Assembly: GCA_029907355.1 (NCBI GenBank)
Contig: JARYLZ010000007.1
Coordinates: 6,275 to 70,274 of the forward strand
DNA: 64,000 nucleotides
Direction of reading: 5' to 3'
DNA from: Bacteroidota bacterium
GTDB taxonomy: Bacteria > Bacteroidota > Ignavibacteria > SZUA-365
The notes under the pieces were generated by a model. The model did no database searches. It was given only the letters and a program-made list of their open reading frames with translations, and was not told the origin of the DNA. Positions 8,848 to 18,277 of the stretch are shown piece after piece. How positions within the stretch are numbered: the first letter of the stretch is position 1; the number at the start of each line of letters is the position of its first letter. Position numbers and translations under genes: made by a program.

Positions 8848-9851
8848 GGGTCGTGTTCAGTGCTCATTCCGAAACAGGCGAACCCATCGTTCCGTCTTTG
8901 GAGACGACCCCATGGATATCGGTGTGGTTCCCCACACAGCTGCCGCAGGAGTTGGGCATTCCCTGGAGAGAGGAAATCATGGGAGGGATGGTGTGATCAC
9001 CTCCAGCAATCCCGGGCATCGCACATCGAAAGCGGTGCCCTCCCACCCGGAACATGCCCGCAGATCTCGCCAGCCAGGTCGAAGAAAGTCCTCGCGTCTT
9101 CATGCATTGCACAGGTCATCTCCCTTCTGACGGCCGGAAAGCCCTTCTCCCTTGCAAGGGACATGAGCGCTCATCCTCGCGAAGCCGCGTGAATCCCTTA
9201 CGAGGAATTCTCCTCTCTCCCATGAAGTTCCGATCTCATGAAATACGGAGATGCAACGCTCCCTTCGCTTCTCCTATTAAAGATACCTTCAAGAAAAGAC
9301 CTATGGCGAAAAAATCCTAATCCTGGCCAGCACCACACCGAAATTATCGCCATGGGCGTATGGTCTTGTCCTCATTTCTCCCGTTCTCCGGTATGGTTAG
9401 GGAAAACCGAGCCCCTCTGCCGGGGATGCATTATGCCCCGCATCGAAATTCACAAGAATACCACTTTTTTTCCTTCGTCCATGGAATACGCTGCCCTTCA
9501 CGTTATGCGATCACGTCCGATGCATTCGGCCTATGCTTCATGGTGTCCAATCTCTCGACAGTCATCCACCGTTTGCCTCTCTTGCTATCGACCGTGCGCC
9601 TTGCGGAACTGTCGCTGTGACATCACGGTTCGAAACACCATGACCGCGAAAAAAATCTCTTCTCGATGATCGACTGTCGGTGTGACCACGAACGACACGG
9701 CGAAATGAACGGCTCGGCAGCTACCTTCGAGACGGTAACACAGGGTTCTTCCCCCCACGAGGGGACGATATCGACAAGCCGAAAAGACCGGCGTTTTTTC
9801 CATATTTCTTGTAAGTTTCTGTTTCAAATACGGATTTCGTTTCACGCTGAT

Positions 9852-11843
9852 ATGACAATACCCCGCTTCCTTTCCCTTGTCATCGCTTTCCTCTTCACCT
9901 TGAACACGGCGAGAGGATGGGCACAGAAGGTTACGGCCGCCGTGTATCGGACTGTGGAAATCGTCCTTCAGTCGGGACGCACCTATGCTCAGCCCGTCCT
10001 CGATGTGAGCCTGTCCTGCACCTGGACCTCCCCCCAAGGTCGGTCCATCGTCGTGCGGGGCTTCTGGGACGGCGGCACGACATACCGTGTGCGATTCATG
10101 CCGGATGTCCCCGGCCTATGGGAATGGGAAACCGTCTGCTCCGATACGGCGAACATCGGTCTTCACGGGAGAAACGGGATCGTGGAGGTCACCGCCGCTA
10201 TCGGCGACACACCGTTCACCCTCCACGGCCCTCCTCGCATATCGCCGGACAATCGATCGCTCGTGCATGCGGACGGAACGCCGTTCTTCTACATCGCGGA
10301 CACGGCCTGGGAACTCGCGTGGAAAGCGACCATGGAAGAACTCCGCGCCTATCTCTCGGATAGGAAAAGGAAAGGCTTCAACGCCGTCCAGTTCTGCGCC
10401 ATCTCACACCAGGGCAATGGCCGGCGTGGCATGATGAACCAGGAACAGGAAACCACGTTCATCGACGACGGCCTCAGCCTGCCGAACCCCGGTTATTTCC
10501 GCTTCCTCGATTCCGCCGTCCGCCTGATGAACGAGGCGGGGATGACGGCCGCCATCGTTCCGGTGTGGGCGTGGGTCGCGGAACCCCACCACGACGACCC
10601 CCGGTACGCCGCACGTTTCTTTTCCGAGAGCGAGGCGGTCAACTGGGCGTCTTACCTCGCTGCCCGATATGCGGGTTCCAACGTGATATGGATCGTCGGG
10701 GGCGACAAACCGATTCTCACCGATACCCAGAAGCGTTACTGGACGAACGTCGGGAGGGCGCTCCGCGCGGCCGACGGCGGTCGACACCTCGTCACCGTGC
10801 ACCCATGCGGTGGGTCGGCGTCGTACCTGTACTTCGACGGGAGCGCGGACTGGCTCGATTTCCACATGTACCAATCGTCCCATGCGCTGCACAACGACGC
10901 ACCCTCGTCGTTCGCCATCATCGGCTGGTCGATTCCGGACCCGAAACCGCTGCTCGACGGGGAGAGCAACTACGAGGACCTCTACGATCGTTTCTGGGAG
11001 TACGACGAGAACGCGGACACTTCCACGTTCCACCGCTTCACAGGCGCGGATGTGCGCCGGCCGCGTTACGAGAGCGTGCTCTCGGGAGCGCTCGTCGGCG
11101 TCACGTACGGCGCCAACGGCGTATACCAGTGGCACACGGAACGTCTGCCGGAACCCTGGAAATTCCCCCGCTACACGGTCCTCGAGGCCCTCGACCTCCC
11201 GGGCTCTTCCGACATGTCCGTGTTGAGAGATATCATGGTGCGGCTGGCATGGTACACGTTCACACCGTCCCCGTGGACATGGCTCGGCAAGGAGGGGTCC
11301 GATCGCATCGCGACGGCCGAGAGTCCGCACCACATCGTCTCGTATTTTCCGCAGGGGATTTCCCCGCGGGAATACACGTATGCCGGACCGCGCTTCCCCT
11401 ACATGGCATGGGTTTCGCCGCGCGACGGTGCGCGCTTCCCCCGGATCGAGTCGCGGATCGACGCCTCATTCGACAAGCCCGATACGTGCGACTGGCTCTT
11501 CGTCGGCGCGGACAACATCGACGATCTCGAAATGTTCCCGCTGGGGATGGAAGACCACCTCACGCTACCACGGGGGAGTCTGAGCGTGGAACTCTTCCCT
11601 TCCCCCCTGCGAGGCGTCGGGACGATCCGCCTCCATGCTCCTGGAAAGGACGATTGGGTCACTCTGCGAATCGTCGACGGACTCGGCCGCTCCCTTTACG
11701 AGCGGGAAATCCCCCCCACCTCCGACGAACGCGATCCCCGTTTCGTGATCATCGACGGCAACGGGCTGGCCAGCGGGGCATACCGGCTTCATGCCTTTAC
11801 GAGAGGCAATGCGGTATGCGTGCCGTTCATCGTCTTCGAGTGA
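9852..11843 (+). CDS. Secreted glycoside-hydrolase-like protein (DUF4038/GH5-like TIM-barrel family) with a C-terminal T9SS sorting domain
   Basis: The start is placed at MTIPRFLSLVIAFLFTLNTARGWAQ (signal peptide); the track ORF begins upstream at 9666. The central region is TIM-barrel-like (ADTAWEL, NAVQF, WIVGGDKP, LLDGESNYEDL). The C-terminal tail SVELFPSPLRGVGTIRLHAPGKDDWVTLRIVDGLGRSLYEREI...GAYRLHAF matches the T9SS sorting-domain pattern. The family assignment is from memory and not a search. Confidence 0.6.
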   Translation: MTIPRFLSLVIAFLFTLNTARGWAQKVTAAVYRTVEIVLQSGRTYAQPVLDVSLSCTWTSPQGRSIVVRGFWDGGTTYRVRFMPDVPGLWEWETVCSDTANIGLHGRNGIVEVTAAIGDTPFTLHGPPRISPDNRSLVHADGTPFFYIADTAWELAWKATMEELRAYLSDRKRKGFNAVQFCAISHQGNGRRGMMNQEQETTFIDDGLSLPNPGYFRFLDSAVRLMNEAGMTAAIVPVWAWVAEPHHDDPRYAARFFSESEAVNWASYLAARYAGSNVIWIVGGDKPILTDTQKRYWTNVGRALRAADGGRHLVTVHPCGGSASYLYFDGSADWLDFHMYQSSHALHNDAPSSFAIIGWSIPDPKPLLDGESNYEDLYDRFWEYDENADTSTFHRFTGADVRRPRYESVLSGALVGVTYGANGVYQWHTERLPEPWKFPRYTVLEALDLPGSSDMSVLRDIMVRLAWYTFTPSPWTWLGKEGSDRIATAESPHHIVSYFPQGISPREYTYAGPRFPYMAWVSPRDGARFPRIESRIDASFDKPDTCDWLFVGADNIDDLEMFPLGMEDHLTLPRGSLSVELFPSPLRGVGTIRLHAPGKDDWVTLRIVDGLGRSLYEREIPPTSDERDPRFVIIDGNGLASGAYRLHAFTRGNAVCVPFIVFE

Positions 11844-11879
11844 AGAGTCCATACCGCGACCGGGTTTATCCGAAAGCCG

Positions 11880-11911
11880 AAAAAAAAACCGTCCCGTTTG
11901 TCACGGGACGG
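11880..11911 (-). terminator. Rho-independent terminator for the RRM gene
   Basis: On the minus strand, the stem CCGTCCCG-loop-CGGGACGG is followed by a run of about 9 U (plus-strand A9 at 11880-11888). It sits directly downstream of the 11935 stop. Confidence 0.55.
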
Positions 11912-11934
11912 CGATGTCGAAGAAGAGACGACGT

Positions 11935-12222
11935 TCACCAGGAGCGCTTGCCGCCCCGGCGGTTCGCTGGACGCGCTTCCATACGCGGTCGCGCCTCGTT
12001 GACGATGAGACTGCGTCCCTGAATTTCCGTCCCGTTCACGGCTTCGATAGCGGCCATAGCCTTCGCTCGGTCGTTGATCTCGACGAAGCCGAAACCCCTC
12101 GACTCCCCGCTGAAGCGGTCCTTGATGATGGTCGCCGACGCGACGGGGCCGAACGCCTCGAACGCCGACGACAGCTCCGCCTCTGTGAGGCCGAGCGGGA
12201 GATTACCGACATAGATGTTCAT
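11935..12222 (-). CDS. RNA-binding protein with an RRM domain (RNP-1 RGFGFVE)
   Basis: MNIYVGNLPLGLTEAELSSAFEAFGPVASATIIKDRFSGESRGFGFVEINDR... shows RNP-2 (IYVGNL) and RNP-1 (RGFGFVE) motifs. The ATG at 12222 is chosen over the 30-codon upstream extension in the track. Confidence 0.85.
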   Translation of the reverse strand: MNIYVGNLPLGLTEAELSSAFEAFGPVASATIIKDRFSGESRGFGFVEINDRAKAMAAIEAVNGTEIQGRSLIVNEARPRMEARPANRRGGKRSW

Positions 12223-12376
12223 GTCTTTCCTTTTGAAAAATGGGTGCGGCGCAGGATGAATTCCAACCGCAATAACGCATTGTACGGCGATTATCCCCCG
12301 ATTCAAAATCACAGCACCCCGGCGAGGTCATTCCCCCCTTCGCCGGGAATGCAAACGAACGGTTCTCAACCGGCAT

Positions 12377-13072
12377 TCAGAAGCTTCTCATGGCACCGCG
12401 CAGCCCGAAATCGAGCAATTCCATGACGGATGTCCCGTTCCGCGCGACGGACTTGACAAGGCCGTTGATGGGAACGCCCGAGTGATACCATGCATCCGAC
12501 GTGAAAGACGTCCCGAGGAAACGCACCTGCGCGGTGATTTTGACCGTTCGCGGGAAAACCCCCGCCGGGACTTCGACCGCCCCCCCTTCGACGGCGCCCT
12601 TGAGATCGACGAGGAAGGTCCCCAGCATGTCCCGGTACACGCTTCGCATCATCTCGAGCGCGGGGCCTTCGAGTACTTCGACACCGCCTTCGCCGTGTTT
12701 TACTTTCACCTCGAGAATATGGATTCCTTCCATGGAGCCTGCCGCGGCCTTCTCCAAACCGCGGACGAGCATCTGGACCCACGTTTCCCCGGAGGCCGAG
12801 AGGGAATACGATTCGATGAGCCACGCGTCTCCCTGGTGACCGACGATGGACGTTTTCATCACCGACTTTCTCTCCCCTTCCGTGACGCCGTGAATGACGT
12901 ATTGTCCTTCCGCATAGGGCATCGGTTTGAAAAACGTATCGGAGCCGGGGTACGGTCTCCTCGGGGCACGTGCGTAAAACCCGTCGATCTTCTGTTGCAA
13001 GGCAGGATCGATGGCGGGACTGCAGGAGACGAGAAACGCCGCCAGACCGACAAAGACGAGGGAACGGAACAT
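12377..13072 (-). CDS. Hypothetical lipoprotein
   Basis: 231 aa with an N-terminal signal and lipobox (LAAFLVSCSPA) and balanced composition. Preferred over the overlapping Arg-rich ORF 12366..13223. Confidence 0.5.
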   Translation of the reverse strand: MFRSLVFVGLAAFLVSCSPAIDPALQQKIDGFYARAPRRPYPGSDTFFKPMPYAEGQYVIHGVTEGERKSVMKTSIVGHQGDAWLIESYSLSASGETWVQMLVRGLEKAAAGSMEGIHILEVKVKHGEGGVEVLEGPALEMMRSVYRDMLGTFLVDLKGAVEGGAVEVPAGVFPRTVKITAQVRFLGTSFTSDAWYHSGVPINGLVKSVARNGTSVMELLDFGLRGAMRSF

Positions 13073-13219
13073 GATGAAGCTCCGCGACGGTTCTTCCAGG
13101 AAGATTTCCCCGCTCCGATCGCATTCCGCGGGGGGATAGGTAAATGCTTGGTCCGAAATATAACGACACGCAACGTCCGATGCCTGTTCCCATAAACAGG
13201 GACCGGTCGGGACAAAACC

Positions 13220-13681
13220 TCACTCGGGTAAGACACCTCGAGGGATACGCCCTTCGATTTTCCGGACCGCACGAAGAAGATTCTCCTGATCGTACCGTTC
13301 ATTGCCGATCCGCGACCGGAGGTTCGGGAGGGCTTCGCGGGCGCGCAGTTCACCGAGCGACCACACCGCGACGTCCTTGACATCGCTCGCGACGTCCGGC
13401 CGGTCGAGGAAGCCGATCAGCGCACGCACCGTCCGAGGATCTTTCGGGAGAACGCCGATCGAGAACGCCGCGTCCGTCTGCAGTCGCGGGTCGTTCGACG
13501 CGAGACGGTCGATCAGCACATCGCCGCTGACAACGGAGGGGCGCATGACGCCCCAGTACTTCAGGTAGACGATGATGCGGAAATCGCGGAACGGCCCTAT
13601 GCGGTAAGGACTGAAAGCGACCGCCGCGACGCCGAGGAGCACGAGGGTGGTGATGAATGGAAACGGTCGGATGCGAGACAT
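13220..13681 (-). CDS. HEAT/PBS-lyase-like repeat protein
   Basis: 153 aa with an N-terminal TM/signal and repeats of the AxxALGxLxxxxALPxL type (VAVWSLGELRAREALPNL). Confidence 0.45.
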   Translation of the reverse strand: MSRIRPFPFITTLVLLGVAAVAFSPYRIGPFRDFRIIVYLKYWGVMRPSVVSGDVLIDRLASNDPRLQTDAAFSIGVLPKDPRTVRALIGFLDRPDVASDVKDVAVWSLGELRAREALPNLRSRIGNERYDQENLLRAVRKIEGRIPRGVLPE

Positions 13682-13716
13682 GGACTTTGCCTTTTCGACC
13701 GTTGCATCAAACGGTT

Positions 13717-16332
13717 CTACGTCGAGGCGGTTGGGGGGAATTTCACGACGAGAAGGGTCAAGTCGTCATGCGGTTCGTTCTTCCCCGCAAATGTCCGTGC
13801 GGCCTCGAGCGCATGGCGGACGATGTCCAGGGCGGACGCATCGGATGACGCGAGAACGGCGTCGCGGAGGCGTTTCACGCCGAAAGGTTCGGCATGGACG
13901 TCCGAAACGTCGACCACGCCGTCCGTGTAGAGGACGAGAATATCCCCTCCCTCGACCGGGAGTTCCTGTTCGGAGAATGCGGCGTCGGGTCGCATCCCAA
14001 GAGGGAGCCGCCTGCCGCTTTCCGACCAATCGATTTCGTAGGATTCCCGGCCGCGGATGAGCAACGGCTTGGGAAGGCCTCCGTTCGTGAATCGAAGCAT
14101 CCGCTCCGCCGGCTCGTAAACGCCGAGGAATACCGCCGTGTTATTCGGTGCACGCGTAAGGCTGACGAGCCTTTTATTCACGCGTGCAAGCACGTCGCAT
14201 GTTCTCCCCCCCTCTTCCACCGTCTGGCGGATCGCCGTCATGGCCGCGGCCATGAGCATGGCGCCCGCTACGCCTCTCGCCGAGACGTCGCCGAGGACGA
14301 ACGCGTGCAGGCCTTCCGGCGTCGGGAAGAAATCGTGGAAATCCCCCCCCGCGTCCCGTGCGTGGATCGTGTCGGCCGCACCCTGCATACCGGCGATGCT
14401 CTCCGCTGTGGGAGGAGGGGCAAATGCCCGCATGGTGCGGACGATTTCCCGCTGTTGCTGAGCGCGTTCCTGCACGCGGATCTCGTCCGCGAGCGCGGTG
14501 TTCTTCCAACTCCGCGCCGCCTGCTCGGCGAGAATGCGCAGATGCGCAATCTCGCGCACCGTGTACGGCTTGCCGTTCGGCCTCTCGGCGAGCACGACGA
14601 GCACGGATTCCTCTTCCCGGGAGGCAAGAGGGAACACGACACCGATATCTTCGTTGAAAGGCACCCCCGGGATCGTGTTCGGCAGCAGAATCTCCCCGCC
14701 GGAGATGCGTTTCGAAAAATCCGCCCTGCGGAACAACGCCGCCATGTGGGCCGGGGAAACGGACTCGCCTGCAAGAAGGTTTACTTCCCCCTGTGCATCG
14801 ATCGAACACACAGATGCCCGAGTGCCGAGATGGGACGGCAATCTTTCGGCGAGAAGTTCCAACAAGCGACCACGATCCAGCGTCTCTTCGAGATCCTCCG
14901 TCAAGCTCTGCAAGACGACATCATGCCGCTTACGGCTGCGGGGAAAACCGAGCGGACCGGTCCCGGGGCGTGCGATGAACAGGGACGAAAGCGTAGCAAC
15001 CGCCCCGATCGGCACCGCACTCATGAGCAATGCTTCGAGTGGGTCGAAATCGTCGGGGAACGATGCGAAAAACATGTACGCACCGACGAACATCGCGGCT
15101 GTGAAAACCATCGCCGAGCAGAGTGCCGGGGGGCGAAGAATGCCTCCTCCATCGTGGAAACCATAGCGAAGAAGACCATGCCCGAGCGCGCCGGGGAGAG
15201 CGGAAACGACCGTGAGCACAGCGATCGCGAGAACGAGGATGCGGATGAAGGAGGGGATGCCCCACGATGCACTGTATTCATCCGTCAGCAGGATGAGCGA
15301 TACGGCGAAGACGGTGAAGAAAAACGCCAGGAGCAGGGCTCCGGCGACCCTGCGTGCGAGAGGAGACCGTGCGCGAAAGCGCGAGTCGAGGACAAGGGCG
15401 AACACCGCGGCAGACCCTCCCACGGCGAGCACGGTGCGCGCGACTTTCGCCGCGGGCACCGGTCCCGGCAGGACGATAGGGAAAAGCGGTAGGGCGATGA
15501 ACAGGAGAAGAAGGGACACGCCGTAGACGACGACGTGACGGAGAAGCGGTACCCGCAGGAACAGCCTCTCCTCCGGGAAGACGATGAAGAGATGCAGGAG
15601 CAGCGGCACAGCGAGTCCCCCCGCCGCAAGAGGGAGGGAAAGCGAAACGGGGCGCAGGGCTTTCCACCAAGGCAGGACCGAACCGAAAGGGGGAGACGAA
15701 AGGAACGAAACGGCAAGGGCGGCTGCCCAAAGGAAGAAGAGTGAAGCCTCGCGCGCCCGCTGCCTGCGGAACAGGACGGTCAGCGCGATCGCCATGAGCA
15801 CGGGCGGGCAGAGCGCGAACACCAAGACGCGTGCGAGGCCGGCACATTCCCCATACGCATAACCGCGGAGTACGATGCTTGCGTGGATACGTTTCCCCTC
15901 GCGGAGGAGGTCGAGATGCAGGGTATCGCCGATTCGCATGCCGTTCAGGACATCCGCAACCGTGGACTCCGGAAATACGGTGGAATCCGGTGCAATGCCG
16001 CCGATGGAAAGGAGAATATCACCGGTACGCACAGGCTGATCATCGCCGCGGCTCTCCGGCGGAGCGATCTGGATTCCCTGCTCCGAGATTCCGACAACCA
16101 GAAACGGCGCAGCCGGCCGCGTGAAGAAGCGATACAGGGCCGAGGGGAGCTGGACGAGAGACACGATGCAGAGAAACGACGCGGCGACCGCGAAAACCCT
16201 GTGGACAGGAGGCGATTCGAGAATGCCGGGTGATCTCATCGGTGGAGTGGGCGGCTGACGTTCAAGGAAGGACGCTCCGTTCGTGGCCGCGGAAATATCG
16301 GAAAAAGTAGGGGAACATGCGGTACCGGCCAT
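13717..16332 (-). CDS. PDZ - polytopic membrane - GAF - PP2C (SpoIIE/RsbU-type) serine phosphatase signalling protein
   Basis: A PDZ-like N-terminus (GDILLSIGG...GDTLHLDLLREGKRI) is followed by about 10 predicted TM helices, then a GAF-like region. The C-terminal PP2C fold shows GGDFHDF, LGDVSARGVAGAMLM, TNGGLPKPLL and LYTDGVVD. The true start may be the internal MRSPGIL. Confidence 0.8.
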   Translation of the reverse strand: MAGTACSPTFSDISAATNGASFLERQPPTPPMRSPGILESPPVHRVFAVAASFLCIVSLVQLPSALYRFFTRPAAPFLVVGISEQGIQIAPPESRGDDQPVRTGDILLSIGGIAPDSTVFPESTVADVLNGMRIGDTLHLDLLREGKRIHASIVLRGYAYGECAGLARVLVFALCPPVLMAIALTVLFRRQRAREASLFFLWAAALAVSFLSSPPFGSVLPWWKALRPVSLSLPLAAGGLAVPLLLHLFIVFPEERLFLRVPLLRHVVVYGVSLLLLFIALPLFPIVLPGPVPAAKVARTVLAVGGSAAVFALVLDSRFRARSPLARRVAGALLLAFFFTVFAVSLILLTDEYSASWGIPSFIRILVLAIAVLTVVSALPGALGHGLLRYGFHDGGGILRPPALCSAMVFTAAMFVGAYMFFASFPDDFDPLEALLMSAVPIGAVATLSSLFIARPGTGPLGFPRSRKRHDVVLQSLTEDLEETLDRGRLLELLAERLPSHLGTRASVCSIDAQGEVNLLAGESVSPAHMAALFRRADFSKRISGGEILLPNTIPGVPFNEDIGVVFPLASREEESVLVVLAERPNGKPYTVREIAHLRILAEQAARSWKNTALADEIRVQERAQQQREIVRTMRAFAPPPTAESIAGMQGAADTIHARDAGGDFHDFFPTPEGLHAFVLGDVSARGVAGAMLMAAAMTAIRQTVEEGGRTCDVLARVNKRLVSLTRAPNNTAVFLGVYEPAERMLRFTNGGLPKPLLIRGRESYEIDWSESGRRLPLGMRPDAAFSEQELPVEGGDILVLYTDGVVDVSDVHAEPFGVKRLRDAVLASSDASALDIVRHALEAARTFAGKNEPHDDLTLLVVKFPPTAST

Positions 16333-16589
16333 TCAGTGTTCCCGGCCGATGCCGAGGTCTCCGGCTTCCCCTCACACGAGGAGCAGCGAACAGGCAGTGC
16401 CCTTGCCGGCACGGGAACATTCGCCGTGAACTCTCATTACGGCCGAGTTCCCGGACCGACAGATTCCTTTCGATGGGAGAAACATTTGCGAATCATTTCC
16501 CGCGGGCGTATCTAGTGATTCGCGGTACCCGAAGTCGCGTCCTGAAGGACCTCTGAGAGGTAGCACGATTTCTTCTACGTTTCGGACCC

Positions 16590-17969
16590 ATGATGCCCAT
16601 CATTCGAATCCACACCGTTCTCGCAAGCCTGCTCATTCCCTTTTCCCTTATCGGCCACACGGCATCCGCACAAACCCGTTTGACCGGTCGGGTCTGGGAA
16701 GAGTTCCGCATCGCCGCCGCACGATACGACTCCCTCCAGACCGTCTTCAAGGCCCTGCAGAAAGAACACCCGGCCTTGGGGAAAAACCCTCTCCTGATGC
16801 AGGATTACATCAAGCAAGATCTCCCCGCCATCATGGAGATTTACCAGGGGCTGCCGCAGAAAGCGAGTGCGGCGCTCGAGAACACCGGCGATATCCCGAG
16901 TTACGGTATCGACGATCTGCGGCTCATCGCCCTCGCCGCGGCCACGATCCAGGATCACGTCACGGCCGCGGCCGCGAACGAGCGTCTGCTCGCCCTCGTC
17001 CATGCCCCGGACTCGCAGCGTACCATACGACGCGAACTCGCCATGCTCTCCGCGGCGCTGGGTGATGCCGACAAAGCCATGCAATACGCGACGAGGGAGA
17101 ATCTCGTAGACGCATCGGACATGGAACGCGGTGTGATCTCATCCGCCGTCGCGTCCGCCCTCGCCGATGAGGAAAGGCCGGTGGAAGCGCACGCGTTCGC
17201 CATCTCGGCCGTCCGCGGTTTCCGTGCGTACAAGGACGCCGACTCAACCGCCGAGGAGATGCCGTCGGACCCGCTCCAGCGCGAGGAGATCGAAAAGGCG
17301 CAACGGTATTTCATCATCACGCACCTCGCGGAGCCGCTCGCCAATGTCGTCTACGCATACCGCGCATCGGGCGACACGTCCGGCGCGACGCGCTTTCTCC
17401 ACGAAGCAGAAACCGTCCTCGACGACAGCGCTCTCCTGGCTGACTTGCGGAGCGCCACGGAAGCTTACGTGGAGAAGAAAACCAAGGAACGGGAGCTGAT
17501 CGATCGACCCGCCCCCGAGTGGGGGAAGCACCGGTGGATCGGAACGGACGGGCTCTCCCTGACGAAGCTTGCCGGAAAGGTCGTCCTCGTCGATTTCTTC
17601 GCCACGTGGTGCAAACCTTGCATCATGGCTTTCCCGCACATCAGGAAATGGAAGGAACGCTATGCGTCCGAAGGACTCGTCGTCGTCGGCCTGACCCAGT
17701 ACCAGGGCCGCTACGAAGGGATTCAACTGCCCGCCGACTCGGAGTACGCGAAACTGAAAAACGATTTCGTCCACAAGCACCACGTGACCTGGCCTGTCGG
17801 CATCGCTGAAGCAGGGAGCTCGACGTTCAAGGATTACCACGTCGGCGGTATCCCGCATATCGTGCTCATCGACCGCAAGGGTGTCATCCGCTATTTTGCG
17901 GTGGGGGCAGGTCAGTACGAGAGGACGGAAAGGCAGATTCGGAAGCTCCTCAGAAAAAAGGCTGGGTGA
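16590..17969 (+). CDS. Secreted TPR-like / thioredoxin-fold thiol-disulfide oxidoreductase (TlpA/ResA-like)
   Basis: Signal peptide MMPIIRIHTVLASLLIPFSLIGHTASAQ. The C-terminal block VVLVDFFATWCKPCIMAFPHI...GLVVVGL carries the WCxxC thioredoxin motif. Confidence 0.8.
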   Translation: MMPIIRIHTVLASLLIPFSLIGHTASAQTRLTGRVWEEFRIAAARYDSLQTVFKALQKEHPALGKNPLLMQDYIKQDLPAIMEIYQGLPQKASAALENTGDIPSYGIDDLRLIALAAATIQDHVTAAAANERLLALVHAPDSQRTIRRELAMLSAALGDADKAMQYATRENLVDASDMERGVISSAVASALADEERPVEAHAFAISAVRGFRAYKDADSTAEEMPSDPLQREEIEKAQRYFIITHLAEPLANVVYAYRASGDTSGATRFLHEAETVLDDSALLADLRSATEAYVEKKTKERELIDRPAPEWGKHRWIGTDGLSLTKLAGKVVLVDFFATWCKPCIMAFPHIRKWKERYASEGLVVVGLTQYQGRYEGIQLPADSEYAKLKNDFVHKHHVTWPVGIAEAGSSTFKDYHVGGIPHIVLIDRKGVIRYFAVGAGQYERTERQIRKLLRKKAG

Positions 17970-18277
17970 AAAAGGGAACCCGTGACGACGTGGGGTGGTT
18001 CGATTACCCCACGATGATGCCCGCCGCCTAGAATGAGGAATGAGGCCGGAAGCGAGCATGCATCGATCGGAATGATCCAATCGATGCCGTCACCACGTGT
18101 CTTTTCCATGCGAGTGATGAACGGATGCTATCACCTTTCGTGACGGAACCGGTATCTCTGCCCATGCCGGTTTCGACAGGGGATGTGAAACCATTCGGAT
18201 CTTCACCGCTCCCTAGCCGCACCGTTTATTGTCCGCCCAACAGTTCCTGCCACCCGCGGTACGCGTTGGTTACGACG

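Noticed and set aside
10565-12022. 485-aa plus-strand ORF overlapping the glycoside hydrolase gene out of frame
   Set aside because: It is extremely Arg-rich (RRxRR runs), which is typical of off-frame translation of GC-rich coding DNA.
13894-15492. 532-aa plus-strand ORF
   Set aside because: It is antisense to the PDZ/GAF/PP2C gene, which has clear motifs. It is Arg/His/Glu-rich.
17985-18020. Hairpin GTGGGGT-GGTTCGATT-ACCCCAC downstream of the thioredoxin-like gene that superficially resembles a tRNA T-arm
   Set aside because: The loop and stem lengths do not fit a canonical T-arm, and there is no acceptor or anticodon arm nearby. It is probably just a terminator-like hairpin without a U-tract.
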